DNA of 64,000 nucleotides, taken from contig JAYWIR010000137.1 of the NCBI GenBank assembly GCA_036172245.1, positions 1-64,000 of the forward strand, written 5' to 3'. The notes below the pieces were generated by a model, which was not told the DNA's origin, searched no databases, and saw only the letters and a program-made list of their open reading frames with translations. Below are positions 36,101 through 47,205 of this stretch, one piece after another. Positions within the stretch are counted from its first letter, which is position 1. The number at the start of each line of letters is the position of its first letter. The stretch comes from Raillietiella orientalis. Taxonomy: Eukaryota. The translations under genes were made by a program, and so were the position numbers.

Positions 36101-39099
36101 GCCAGACCTGGCGCTCGGCCCTCGCCTTGTACTCTGCGAGACTCCCGACATCCGCGCGTCTCGAAAACGTGCGGGCCTGCAGAAAGTCTCTACTGTTGGC
36201 CACGCCCTCTCCGAAACCGCGTGGAAGCCGGTGCAAGGGGAATTGGCAGCAGAACTCGCGGACAGATCTTTTGAGCTCGTCCCAGTCCGCAATTTCTTGA
36301 ATGGCAAAGCCTCGGAGGTATCCACGTAGATGCTCCGCAGCCTCCGGTTGGCTAAGCTAATCCGCCGGCATCCTCCAGTTTTGCAACGGAGGCCCCCTGC
36401 CTGGCGGAAGGATCTCAAACTCCAACCTGTGATGGTCAGAAAGCCTAGTCAACAATCTTCCTCTCCTGCCCACACGCGAATGCAGGTTTTCATCGAGGAA
36501 AACGTGATCGAGCGATCTTTCCATTCCAAGTTCGCTGACCATCAATTCGGCGGCGTGCACGGACGCGCACATCTCGATGGGCAGCGCGCGCTCCCTCGGG
36601 CGGCCCCAATCGTCGGAGAGCAGGCGGACGTTGAAGTCCCCAGCGACGAGGTGCGGCACTTGGACACCGGAGTTGTTGAGCCAGTGGCTCTGCACCTCAC
36701 CAAAGAAAGCTACTCTTTCTTCGAGGTAGCGAGAGCCACTCGGCGCGTAGACGTTCGTAACGACGAGATCGATGGACTCGGACCACTTGATGACAAGCTG
36801 GCCTATCCGTCCGTTGTCATCGAAACGAACACTACGCACCGCTTCCGCCATTTTTCCTCTTACGAGGAACGCGAGGCCGCACGTGTGTGCGCCGCCGCAC
36901 CGCCAATGTAGCGTTCCGCCTGCGCGCTCCTCGATTTCGGCTGCCTGCTCGTCGGAGATTACGGGAATCTCCTGCAGCAGCGCGAGGTCGAAGGGGCGCA
37001 GGGCGTTGGCTACTAATCGCCTCTTCTCGTCGTTCTGCAGTCCGTTCACGTTCCAACACGTTACGGACAGACGACGAGAAGACGGGATTCCCCGCATTAC
37101 TGCTGGGAAGGTGGCGGCTTTTTGCTCGCTTTATCCGGCGAGCAGACGGCGAGCAGCACGACTGGCTGGAGGGGACGGTCGCCACCGTCCTCTGTCGTGC
37201 TGCATGCATGTAATGCCTCCACGCCAGGCTGAACCCCGTCGGGTTTCGTGGAGACTTCGCGTTGCTTCGCGGCGAGCGTTGCCTGGCTGCCTACTTTTGA
37301 TCGGCGCGCACACGCTTTCGAACGAGTTGTCCTCGTCTCGGTGATCGGAACGGCATCCATTTCGGAGTCCGACCGGCGCATGTTCGATCGGATTTCGGCC
37401 TTCCGTGAAGCAGTGACAGGTTCTGCTGGATTGACAGCTGTCCTGTTTTCGTTTTCCGTCACCAGAGCATCGCTTTTGGTGACGGCTGCTTTCCCGACGC
37501 GCGCGTTTTCAGCGTGCACACACGCGCAGTTGCACGAGGGACCTTTGCTGAAGTCTTCTTTACTTCATTACGGTTCCTCACTTCGCGTGGCGCCGTAAAT
37601 GGAGATTGTGCTCCATGGCCATCTTTGAAGCCATCCGCGTCTTTGGCCGGGAGCTCTTTCGATGGCTCCGACACGCTCGTCATGGACGCTGCTTTCGGAA
37701 GGGCTTTTAATCCCTTCGTTGGCATGGCATCCGCGCCAGTCGAGAGCTTGCTCTCCGACTGCGACGGCGTGAGATTTTTCTCCGCTTTCGCGGTGTTGGA
37801 TCGCGACGCGGATTTTTTTTTGCCGACTTTCGAAGTAGACACGGCACAACCCTTCTTACCCGATTTGGGCTTCTCAGCCACTGCTGGAGGTGAAGGAATG
37901 GATCTGACGGTACTGGAAGTGTCCTTACCGCCGTTGTCCATTGACGTCCCCGCCGGTTGCTCGAACTCCGAGAGAGCCGGGCGTGCTTGGGAAGGACAGC
38001 TATTGCGCCTAGGGGGACTTACCCTTGCCCCGGATTCCCCGCACCCTTTCTTTTGCGGCTCCCCTGCCGCGAGAGGGGGTGCGCAGGGCTTCGCGTGCGA
38101 GGTTTCCTGCTGCTTTGGGGCGACATTCCGCCTCGCGTTTTTACCGAATTTCTGCCGTGGGGTCTCCAGGTTTTTCGCAGATTTTTTATTTTTATCCGCG
38201 CTTTGTTTTTTCCAATGGAGCTCCGCGGCTGCCTTTTTTCGCAAAAGATCGGGGCAATTTCTCAATTGGTGCCCGGATAGTTTGCAATAACGGCATTTTC
38301 CAGAGGGGCATTTATCCAAACAATGCCCCTCCTTCCCGCATTGCTCGCACGTTTTTACTTTGCCCACGAACCACAGGTGAACGACCGTGTCATTCACCTG
38401 TAGTTTGGTGGGCAGCAGACGGCGATCCGGCATTGTAAGCCGGACTCCAGCGACTCCACTGTGTATGGACGGGAAGTCCTTGAGGTTGCTACGCACCCTC
38501 CACAGCGCATGGACCGTGGCGAATTTCGCTAACGCGTTCCGAATATCAGTATCGGAAATTTCCGACTCAATGTCGAAAATCTCCACCAGAAATGAGTCGT
38601 CCATGGCGGCCGGGAAGACCTTCTGGCCACGGATCGACAACGGGGTGCGCAGCAAGCGTTGCACAAGTGCAGCGTCTTTGCAACGCACCTTGAAATAGCC
38701 CATGTCTTTTACGGGCATAATGGCGAGAAGGTGCTCCTCCCGCACGCCAACACGGGTCAGTTCATCGTTGAACTGATTCCCGTCGCGCGCAGAAAGAAAA
38801 CCACTCACCTTATATCGGAGAGCAGGTCTATAGCCTTGGGCTACCTATGCCCGCAACTCCGACTCGTCGAGTGGTTTCCCTTTGACGGCTGCTGTGGCAG
38901 CAACGTCAGCAAAACTCCTCTCCATTGGCTAAAAAGACGAAGTGGAGGCGGCCGTCGGTTCCGCGATTGCAGATCCGGATGCTGTTCCTCCAACTTCAGT
39001 AGCCTCAAGTTGGGTCGACATCGTCGTCAAAATGTACGACGCCAAGATGAAGCGGATGAAAGCACGGAGACGAGAGCGAAGAAAAACACGTCCGCACTC
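33192..39099 (-). mobile_element. Element M: full-length degenerate LINE inserted in the L APE, same orientation
   Basis: TSD GATTAAAAT (33183-33191) / GATTGAAAT (39100-39108); 5' motif 39093-39082; ORF1 ~39021-37097; TAATG; ORF2 37097-33505 with all motifs; terminal motif 33221-33192. Confidence 0.93.
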
Positions 39100-41542
39100 G
39101 ATTGAAATCTCCCGCTATCAGGTGAGCCTTCCGCACGTTCGTGTCCGCCAGCCAGTCGCGCTTCAGGGAATCCAGCAGCCTGGTACGGTCGCTGTATCCC
39201 TGTTTACCGCTGGGGGCGTACACATTCGTGACGATCAATTCGATCGAGTCGGACCAGCTGAGAGTCAGCTGACCGATCCGACCGTCGTCATCAAATCGCA
39301 CGCCCTTTACGGCAGCGTCGATGGCCGGCTTCACGAAGAACGCGACCCCGCAGGTGTTGCGGAGGCCGCATCGCCAATACAGCCGACCCCCCGCGATCGT
39401 CTCGATTTCCTGGGCGTCTGCCGCAATGATCACGTGGATCTCCTGCAGCAGCGCCAGGTCGAGCTCACGCAGGGTGTCGGCTGTATCTCGCCTGTTGCCG
39501 TCGTCGCGCAGCCCGTTGACGTTCCAACAGGCCGCGCGAATCCGACCGCGACTGGCGAGGCCAGGTGTTAGTCCAGGGAAAACGGCGATGCGGCGGCCGC
39601 CACCTTCTGGGACGGGACGCTAGGTGGAGGGGGAGGAGGGACAGGTACTGAAGGCACCTTTTCTTCCTCCTCCATCGGTGCCGGCGCGTCGGCCGGATCA
39701 CCCGCACGTGGAGTCGCGCCTACCTGTTCGCCTACCTCCATGGGTTCGGGCTGCTCAGGTTTCGCGACTGCAGCGAGGAATTCACCCCCCTGCTCTCCCT
39801 CCTCCATGGGGGTGGCCGACTCGACGGCTTCCGGGCGTGGGTATTCCCCCTCCGGGATTCCCACGCTGCCGCTTGCTTCCGGTTTCTCCTCCTCGCTGGT
39901 GGAGGGGAGGCGCCTCCTGGGTTTCTGGGACTTGCGTCCCGACTTCCTGGGGGTGCCTCCGAGGAGGAGGATCCGCTTCCGGCCCCCAGGTCGCACTCAC
40001 CTGCGGGGGCCTTCTTCGTCGGAGCCGACCTGCGTACGCCCTTGCGCGACGGGGTTTCGCGCTCGGCGAGCGTTGCTGCGAGCTCCTCCGCCGCTTTCTC
40101 GAAGGCCGCGTCTTCTCCAGCGGCGAGCGTTGCCGCATGCTGCTCCGCGACTTTATCGAGCGCGGCGTCATCGCTGACGGCGAACGTTGCCGCGGGCTCC
40201 TCCGCGACTTTATCGAGCGCGGCGTCCTGGCTGTCGGCGCGCGAGTCTCGCGTCTCACCCTCTACACGTAGATGGGGCTCGTCCACGCGAGTATTCATCG
40301 CGTCCGCATTAGCTGTTCCACGAACATTGCCGCGGGCGGACTCGGCAGGAACGGCTAAGCGTTACAGTGCCACCGAGCATTCGCGGAGTTTTTTTTTTGA
40401 AAGCGGCGCAGCTTTTTTCTTGTTGCCGGCAGTTTTCTTCTCCGAATTTTCTTCTATCATCACTTTCTTTTTTTTCTCTTCTCTGGCCTGAACCAGCTGC
40501 CAACCCTCCTCCATTCCCGCGTCCACGGGAGCTATTTCCTCCTACGTCTGTGCGGGAGGAAGGGAGGCTGGCAGTTGGGAACGGCCATTTTCGCGAGCTG
40601 GTCTTTCTACCAGCTTTCCACGTTTTCCCTGCGTTTTTTTGGCGGCAGGGGGCACCGGGGTAAGGCGCTTGGGAAACACGCGCCGAACGTGACCTTTTTC
40701 GCCGCATAGGTGGCACACAATGTTCATGCACCTTTTTCTTAGATGCCCTACTGCATTGCAGTAGCCAGAAAATTGGCGTTTTCCCACGTACCAGAGGTGT
40801 ACCGCTTCTTGGCAGACCTCCAGCTTATGGGGAAGCGCACCACCCTCTTTTACCGTGATACGCGCCGCAGCTTGACCTCCGAAAAGGCTATTGTAGCCTT
40901 GGAAAATCGTGGACTTCGGCCACAACGCGTGCAGTTCTCCGTGCTTTGTAAGCTGTTATCGAACCGCTGACCTCGTCACGCGACTTGAGATCCCAGTGAG
41001 ATGGACCACCACCGAGCGGTCCATCGTTATCGCCAAGATCTTCCGACCATCAACGATCAGCGGGTCGGTGATCAGGTGTCGGGCCAAGGTGATATCCTTG
41101 CATACCACCTCGACCCGCTGCCCGCCGCTGAGGACGCAGACGCCGTCGAGATCTTTTTCAAAAATATTGGCGTCCTGCAGCGCCTTCGTAAAGGCGCGTG
41201 CAGTTCGCCCATCGAAAAGGTTGCCTACCTTGTAGACTAGCGAGGGTTTATACCCCGCTATCTTGTAGGCTTCCATCTCGGCCATGGCTTCCACGCTAGG
41301 CGCGGCCACCATGGCGCTCCATGACCTCGGCGTCGCCGGGGACGATTCCGGGTTGGATGCCCCTGATCCAGTAGGCTGTGAAGACGAACAAGCCTCCATC
41401 ACGCCTACTTCCAACACGGTGTCCTCTGGCAACGCTGCCATCGGACACCGACGATGTGCACGCACAAATCACTTAAGAAGAAAAAACACTCGCTTTGCCA
41501 CGCAGGCGAGCGCAGGAAAAGCACGTCCGCTCTCCACAGCGG
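39100..41542 (-). mobile_element. Element L, 5' part: 5' UTR, ORF1 (41441-39568), APE N-half
   Basis: GGACGTGCTTTT 41528-41517; HLIAGDFN joins FNLRLL at 33191; three 57-bp repeats at ~40070-40230. Confidence 0.92.
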
Positions 41543-41757
41543 GGATTCGGCGTTGCCACCCGGGTACGCCCGGGGCGTTTATTAATAAACTTTACATGCG
41601 TCGTACAAGGTCCCACCACGGCCGTAAACACAGGACCTTTCGGGACACTGGGACGCAGCCCGGCGTGGCACTCCCCGAGAGCGAAGGGGGATGGGGATGA
41701 GACAAAAAGTAAAATAAAAAGAAACAAACAAAAAGAAGTTGGAGGGCAGGGAAGGGA

Positions 41758-44700
41758 TCACTGTTGGCTGTGGGGAGGGCCCATCCGTCGAACAAAGCCC
41801 TCGAGGTCAGCCTGCATATTCCCCAGTTGGGGCCATCCGGCAGCTCTTCGCAAGAAGCGTTTGGCATACGGGATGACATCCCTCGCCTGTGGACCCACTC
41901 CTTCGTTGTTGGCGTCGCTCCATGCCCCCACGATGACACGGACGCAGCACAAGGCTGCGATGGCTGCGGCTGGCTGCAGTGCGTCCTTCACGAAGAGGGG
42001 CCGAAGAACGTCTCTGGGGGTGCTGCCCGTAGGGAGCCCGAGGGTCGTCCCGAACCGTTCCCAAAGGGATCGGAGGGCAGCACAATCCACAATAAGGTGG
42101 GGAAGCGACTCCCGCTCCCCGCACCTGGCACACGCAGGATCCACAGCTCCCCTCGTGCAGTGGAAGCGGCGCGCGTTGCAGGGTAGACCCCAGTGCAACA
42201 AAAGCAACGCCGACTCTTGCCACTTGAGGGGCAGGATCCTGGATTCCTTTATCACCGGGGGCCACTTCAGCTCATCCCTGGGGATGGCGAGCAGCTCGCC
42301 CCATCTTAATAATCCTCGCGGCTGGAGGCTCGGGGTCGAGGCGTCGGTCAGTTCTCCTGTTGTCCAGCCGCTGATCAACTTCTCCCGTCCCTCGATGCAG
42401 CAGGAGACTTGCCACCTTGGCGTCCGGGTGCTGTGAAGTGCCCTCCTTAGGAAGGGTAGCGCCGTAGCTAGGCAGGTCGTCTCTGCCCACGTGCATCTTG
42501 CTGAACTCTCCAGGAGATTCCGCAGCGTGCAGCGGGCGTAGGGGCTGCATCGGAGACGATTCCACGTTTCGTGGTTTCTCTGGTTGACTACTGCCCACGT
42601 TCCAATATTCTCCTCCAGCCAGGCGGGGGAGTTGGCGGGGCAGCAAACCATCCAGCTGTTCTCCTTGGCCAATGTTGCCATGCGCCCGAGCAGTAGGCCG
42701 CATCTTCGCATCTTCCGGCCACGGCTCAGAAGAAAAGACGCGAGTCCATCGCACCGGGACACACGGCTGGCCAGGAGGCGGGCCGGAGTGCACCAAGGGG
42801 TGCACCACATCTTCGCTGCGATGGCGAGGGTTCGCCACCGCAGCTGCTTCTCCACGCGCTCCAGCGTCAGGAGGCCAAGAACGCCGTCCCGACGCGGAGC
42901 GCACAAGTCCTTCAGTGGGACTCGGGGCCTCCCCTTGCCCCAAAGGGAGATACGGAGGAGGTCCTTCGTCCTCTTCTTGGATTCCACGGTGGGAGGGCAA
43001 ACAAAAAGCAAGGGGCGGAGGATGGGGGCCGCGAAGGCGTTCCAAACCGCGGCCCGTTCCGGCAAGTGAAACTTACCTTCCAGGAACGGGCCGATCGCCA
43101 TCTCCACTTTTTGGAGGCAGCTGGACCACGCTTCCGCAGGGGAGTAGTCCCCCAACGGCACACCAAGGTACTTGAAGCACCTCGCCGTGGGGATCCCCAG
43201 ACGGACCCAGTCCTGCTGCCCTGCCCACGCCGCACCTATTGGCACAACCGACGACTTCGCCCTGTTAACCTGCAGTCCGGTCCCGCGGCTGAGCAGATCG
43301 AAGAAGTCTTCGACCGCCTTTGCCGTGGTGGACATTGGCAACAAAAGGAGAAGATCGTCGGCGTACGCTGCAACGGCGGGCGTGCCGGGGCACGAGCTCG
43401 GCAATGGGGCCAAAGTCACCCTGTACGCTGTCAGCACCAACTCAAAGTAGGTGCTGAAGAGCAGGGGGCTATGGCTATCTCCCTGCCCTATGCCCCGCCG
43501 CACCGGCACGCCATACGCCTTTTGACCGCTGAAAGAGACGGTAATTATCGCATTCCGCCAGCAAGAGCGCAGGTAGGAAATCAGGGAGGGTGGAAAGCCC
43601 ATGCGACCCAGGAGCTCCAAGAGAAGTTCCTGATCTACACAGTCGAACGACTTTTGGAGATCGACTACTAGCGCTAGGGCCCCCTTCCCCGCCCGGGGGT
43701 CCCCTCCCAGCCCGGCTGGCGGCCCCAATGTGGGGTTGCCGACTTTCCCTATCCCTTTCTTCTCTCTTCTCTGCAGGTGCACCCATGTGCTTGCGAAGAA
43801 GAGGTTGGCATCCATACTTCGCCCAAGAACAGCATAAGTCTGCTCCGGGCTAATTACGGATTCTGCCACCTGCCCCAGACGCGAAGCCCATAGCCCTGCG
43901 ATCAACTTGGCGTCCGTATTCACGATCGTGATCGGACGCCAGTTCTTTAAATCCCTGAGGTCTCCCCCTTTCGGCAGGAGCCTCACTCTGGCTGACCGAA
44001 ACGAGGCGGGAACATCCCCTTCGTCTCGGATCAGCCTGATCAACTTAAGCAGCAGGGGTGCCAGCTCTTCCGCGAAGCTCTGAAAGAACTCCGCGGGCAA
44101 GCCGTCTTCCCCTGGAGCTTTACGCCTCTTGAGCTCTTTGTTACCGGCGAGAATTTCGCCGGTGGTAAAAGGCTCGTCGAGGCTTTCCATCTCCTCCTCC
44201 CCTATTGCCGGGGCGCCATCCGGAAGCAAGCGCCGAGAGGCGTTTCGATCCGGGGGCTGCCTGGCGTAAAGGGAGGAATAGAAACTCCGCACGAGATGCC
44301 GTACCGACGCCGGGGACGAACATTCCCGGCCCTGGTCGTCCAGCAAGCTGGCCGACCCGGATTGCCAGGCTTGGCGTTCGGCCCCGGCGCGGTACTCGGC
44401 CAGGCGACGGACATTAGGGGTTCTCTCGTACCTACGAGCCTGTAAATTGGCCCGATGGTTGCGAGCACCCTCGCCGAATCCGGGGGACAGGCGATCCAGG
44501 GGGAACTGCTCACAGAACTCGCGGACCGATTCTTTAAAAAGGTCCCAGTCCTTGAGATTCCGGAGCGTGACACCTCTCAGGTATTCGCGAAGGTATTCCT
44601 TCGCACCTGAGAGTCGCGTCCAGTCCCCCGGCAGACGCCAATCCCTGGATGGCGGTCCCTTGTCACGAGGCCGCATCTCGAAAATTAACCGGGAATGGTC

Positions 44701-45354
44701 CGACAACGTCGACGCAAGCCTCCCCCGTTTGCCGACCCGTGAACACAGGTCAGCGTCGAGGAAGACGTGGTCGATGCTGCGGACCATTCCCCTCTCACCC
44801 GCGAACAAGTTGCGCGCACGCATGGCGGCGCACAACTCGTTCATCGCGTTCTCTTGTGTTTCTGGCTCACCTGTTAGCAGACGGAGATTGAAATCTCCCG
44901 CTATCAGGTGAGCCTTCCGCACGTTCGTGTCCGCCAGCCAGTCGCGCTCCAGGGAATCCAGCAGCCTGGTACGGTCGCTGTATCCCTGTTTACCGCTGGG
45001 GGCGTACACATTCGTGACGATCAATTCGATCGAGTCGGACCAGCTGAGAATCAGCTGACCGACCCGACCGTCGTCATCGAAGCGCACGCCCTTCACGGCA
45101 GCGTCGATGGCCGGCTTCACGAAGAACGCGACCCCGCAGGTGTTGCGGAGGCCGCACCGCCAATACAGCCGACCCCCCGCGATCGTCTCGATCTCCTGGG
45201 CGTCTGCCGCGGTGATCACGTGGATCTCCTGCAGCAGGGCCAGGTCGAGCTCACGCAGGTTGTCGGCCGTATCTCGCCTGTTACCGTCGTCGCGCAGCCC
45301 GTTGACGTTCCAACAGGCGGCGCGAATCCGACGGCGACTGGCGAGCCCAGGTGT
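41758..45354 (-). CDS. N ORF2: APE endonuclease, reverse transcriptase, zinc finger (~1,198 aa, no AUG before the APE)
   Basis: Open frame from the ACA codon overlapping the ORF1 TAA through WNVNG, LQEIH, GDFN, SDH, WRPITIVNTDAK, YADD, KYLG and CARC..HL..C. Confidence 0.92.
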   Translation of the reverse strand, partial: TPGLASRRRIRAACWNVNGLRDDGNRRDTADNLRELDLALLQEIHVITAADAQEIETIAGGRLYWRCGLRNTCGVAFFVKPAIDAAVKGVRFDDDGRVGQLILSWSDSIELIVTNVYAPSGKQGYSDRTRLLDSLERDWLADTNVRKAHLIAGDFNLRLLTGEPETQENAMNELCAAMRARNLFAGERGMVRSIDHVFLDADLCSRVGKRGRLASTLSDHSRLIFEMRPRDKGPPSRDWRLPGDWTRLSGAKEYLREYLRGVTLRNLKDWDLFKESVREFCEQFPLDRLSPGFGEGARNHRANLQARRYERTPNVRRLAEYRAGAERQAWQSGSASLLDDQGRECSSPASVRHLVRSFYSSLYARQPPDRNASRRLLPDGAPAIGEEEMESLDEPFTTGEILAGNKELKRRKAPGEDGLPAEFFQSFAEELAPLLLKLIRLIRDEGDVPASFRSARVRLLPKGGDLRDLKNWRPITIVNTDAKLIAGLWASRLGQVAESVISPEQTYAVLGRSMDANLFFASTWVHLQRREKKGIGKVGNPTLGPPAGLGGDPRAGKGALALVVDLQKSFDCVDQELLLELLGRMGFPPSLISYLRSCWRNAIITVSFSGQKAYGVPVRRGIGQGDSHSPLLFSTYFELVLTAYRVTLAPLPSSCPGTPAVAAYADDLLLLLPMSTTAKAVEDFFDLLSRGTGLQVNRAKSSVVPIGAAWAGQQDWVRLGIPTARCFKYLGVPLGDYSPAEAWSSCLQKVEMAIGPFLEGKFHLPERAAVWNAFAAPILRPLLFVCPPTVESKKRTKDLLRISLWGKGRPRVPLKDLCAPRRDGVLGLLTLERVEKQLRWRTLAIAAKMWCTPWCTPARLLASRVSRCDGLASFLLSRGRKMRRCGLLLGRMATLAKENSWMVCCPANSPAWLEENIGTWAVVNQRNHETWNRLRCSPYARCTLRNLLESSARCTWAETTCLATALPFLRRALHSTRTPRWQVSCCIEGREKLISGWTTGELTDASTPSLQPRGLLRWGELLAIPRDELKWPPVIKESRILPLKWQESALLLLHWGLPCNARRFHCTRGAVDPACARCGERESLPHLIVDCAALRSLWERFGTTLGLPTGSTPRDVLRPLFVKDALQPAAAIAALCCVRVIVGAWSDANNEGVGPQARDVIPYAKRFLRRAAGWPQLGNMQADLEGFVRRMGPPHSQQ

Positions 45355-47109
45355 TATTCCTGGGAAGATGGCGATGCGGCGTCCGCCACCTGTTGGGGCG
45401 GAACGCTAGGTGGAGGAGGAGGGTCAGGCGCTGCGTGCACCTGGTCCCCCTCCTCCATGGGTAACGGCGCGTCGAGGGGGTCACCCTTAAGTGGGGTGGC
45501 GCCTACCTGTTGGCCCTCTTCCATGGGGGGGGGGCTGTTCAGGCTCGGCGACTGCAGGGAGGACTTCGCCCCCCTGCTCACCCTCCTCCATTGGGGTGGC
45601 CGGCTCGACGGCTTCCGCGCGTGGGAGTTCCCCCTCCGGGATTCCCACGCTACCGCTACCTTCCTGCTTCTCCTCCTCGCTGGTGGAGGGGAGGCGCCTC
45701 CTGGGTTTCTGAGACTTGCGTCCCGACTTCCTGGGGGGTGCCTCCGAGGAGGAGGATGCACTTCCGGCCCCCAGGTCCGACTCACCAGTGGGGGCCTTTT
45801 TCGCGGGAGCCGGCCTTCGCACGGCCTTGCGTGAGGGGTTCTCACGCTCCGCCAGCGTGGCCGCGAGCTCCTCCGCCGCCTTTGCGAACGCGGCGTCCGC
45901 AGTGTCGACCGGAGCGTCGCGCGGCTCACCCTCTGTGTAAACAGAGGGTTCGTCGTCGCGAACCTCGGGCGCGGCGGAAACGGCGAGGGAAGGCTCGTCG
46001 CCCCGGGTGGCAATCTCGGGAACGGCTATGCGCTCCAGTGCTACCGTACATTCCCGCATGGTCTTAGAGCGCGGCCCAGGTTTTTTCGCCTTGCCGGCTG
46101 TCTTTTTTACCGCTTTCGCGGGTTCCGCGGGGTGCACCTTTTTCTCCTTTCTGGCCTTGACCAGCTGCCAGCCGTCTTGGGCTCCCGCGTCTTCGGAGGG
46201 TTTTTCTTCCGACGCCTGTGTGGGAGGAACAGGGGCTAGCGGCTGCTGCCGGCCAGTATCTCTTTTTGGTCTTTCGACCAGTTTACCGCGTTTTGCCTGT
46301 GCTTTTTTTGCAGCAGGCGGCACCGGAGTGGGGCGTTTAGGGCATACGCGGCGTACGTGGCCCTTCTCCCCGCATAAGTGGCACACAATGTTCGGGCACC
46401 GCTTGCGCACGTGTCCTACTGCATTGCAGTAGCCACAAAAGCGGGGTTTCCCCACGTACCAGAGGTCTACGACTTCGCCATTGACCTCTAGTTTGTGGGG
46501 AAGCCCACTCTCGTTCACCGTCACGCGCGCGGCGGCCTGCCCTCCGAAAAGGCTATCGTAGCCATCGAAGATTGTGGCCTTTGACCAAAGCGCGTGAACA
46601 TCTCCGTGCTTTCTTAACTGATCACCAACCGCAGACCGCGTCATGCGGCTGGTGATCCCTGTCAGATGGACCACTACGGAGCGGTCCATCGTGACTGGTA
46701 GGATCTTGCGTCCGTCCACGTTCAGCGAAGTGGTTATCAAGCTTTGCGCTAAGGTGATGTCCTTGCAGACAACCTCAACGCGCTGACCCCCGCTTAGCAC
46801 GGATAGACCGTTAAGGTCCTTTTCTAACACGTTGGCGTTCTGCATCGCTTTCGAAAAAGCGCGTGCAGTTCGCCCGTCAAAGAGATTGCCTACCTGGTAA
46901 ACCAAGCTGGGCTTGTACCCAGCTGCCCGGTAGGCCGCCATCTCGGCCATGGTTTCCGCGCTCGGCGCGGCCACCATGGCGCTCCAGCTCCTCGCCTTGA
47001 GCGGCGAGGGCGATTCCGGGGCGGACGCCCCTGATTCTGTAGGCTGTGGGGGTGGGCAAGCCTCCCCCACACCTACCTCCATCGTGGTGTCCTCAGGCAT
47101 CGCTGCCAT
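45354..47109 (-). CDS. N ORF1 (two CCHC knuckles), one frameshift in a homopolymer
   Basis: CGYCNAVGHVRKRC, CHLCGEKGHVRRVC; the frame changes at the G10 run 45525-45534; ends SQE*. Confidence 0.82.
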
Positions 47110-47205
47110 CGGACACCAACGATGTTCCACACCAAACAGCACAAGAAAAAACCGCTTCCTTTCGACTCACTCGGGAGCGAAGGAAAAACACGTCCACTCG
47201 CCAAG

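Larger units (their letters stand above)
41553..47205 (-). mobile_element. Element N: full-length and best-preserved LINE in the window
   Basis: 5' motif 47195-47184, ORF1, intact ORF2, terminal motif 41583-41553; flanked by target copies. Confidence 0.95.
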
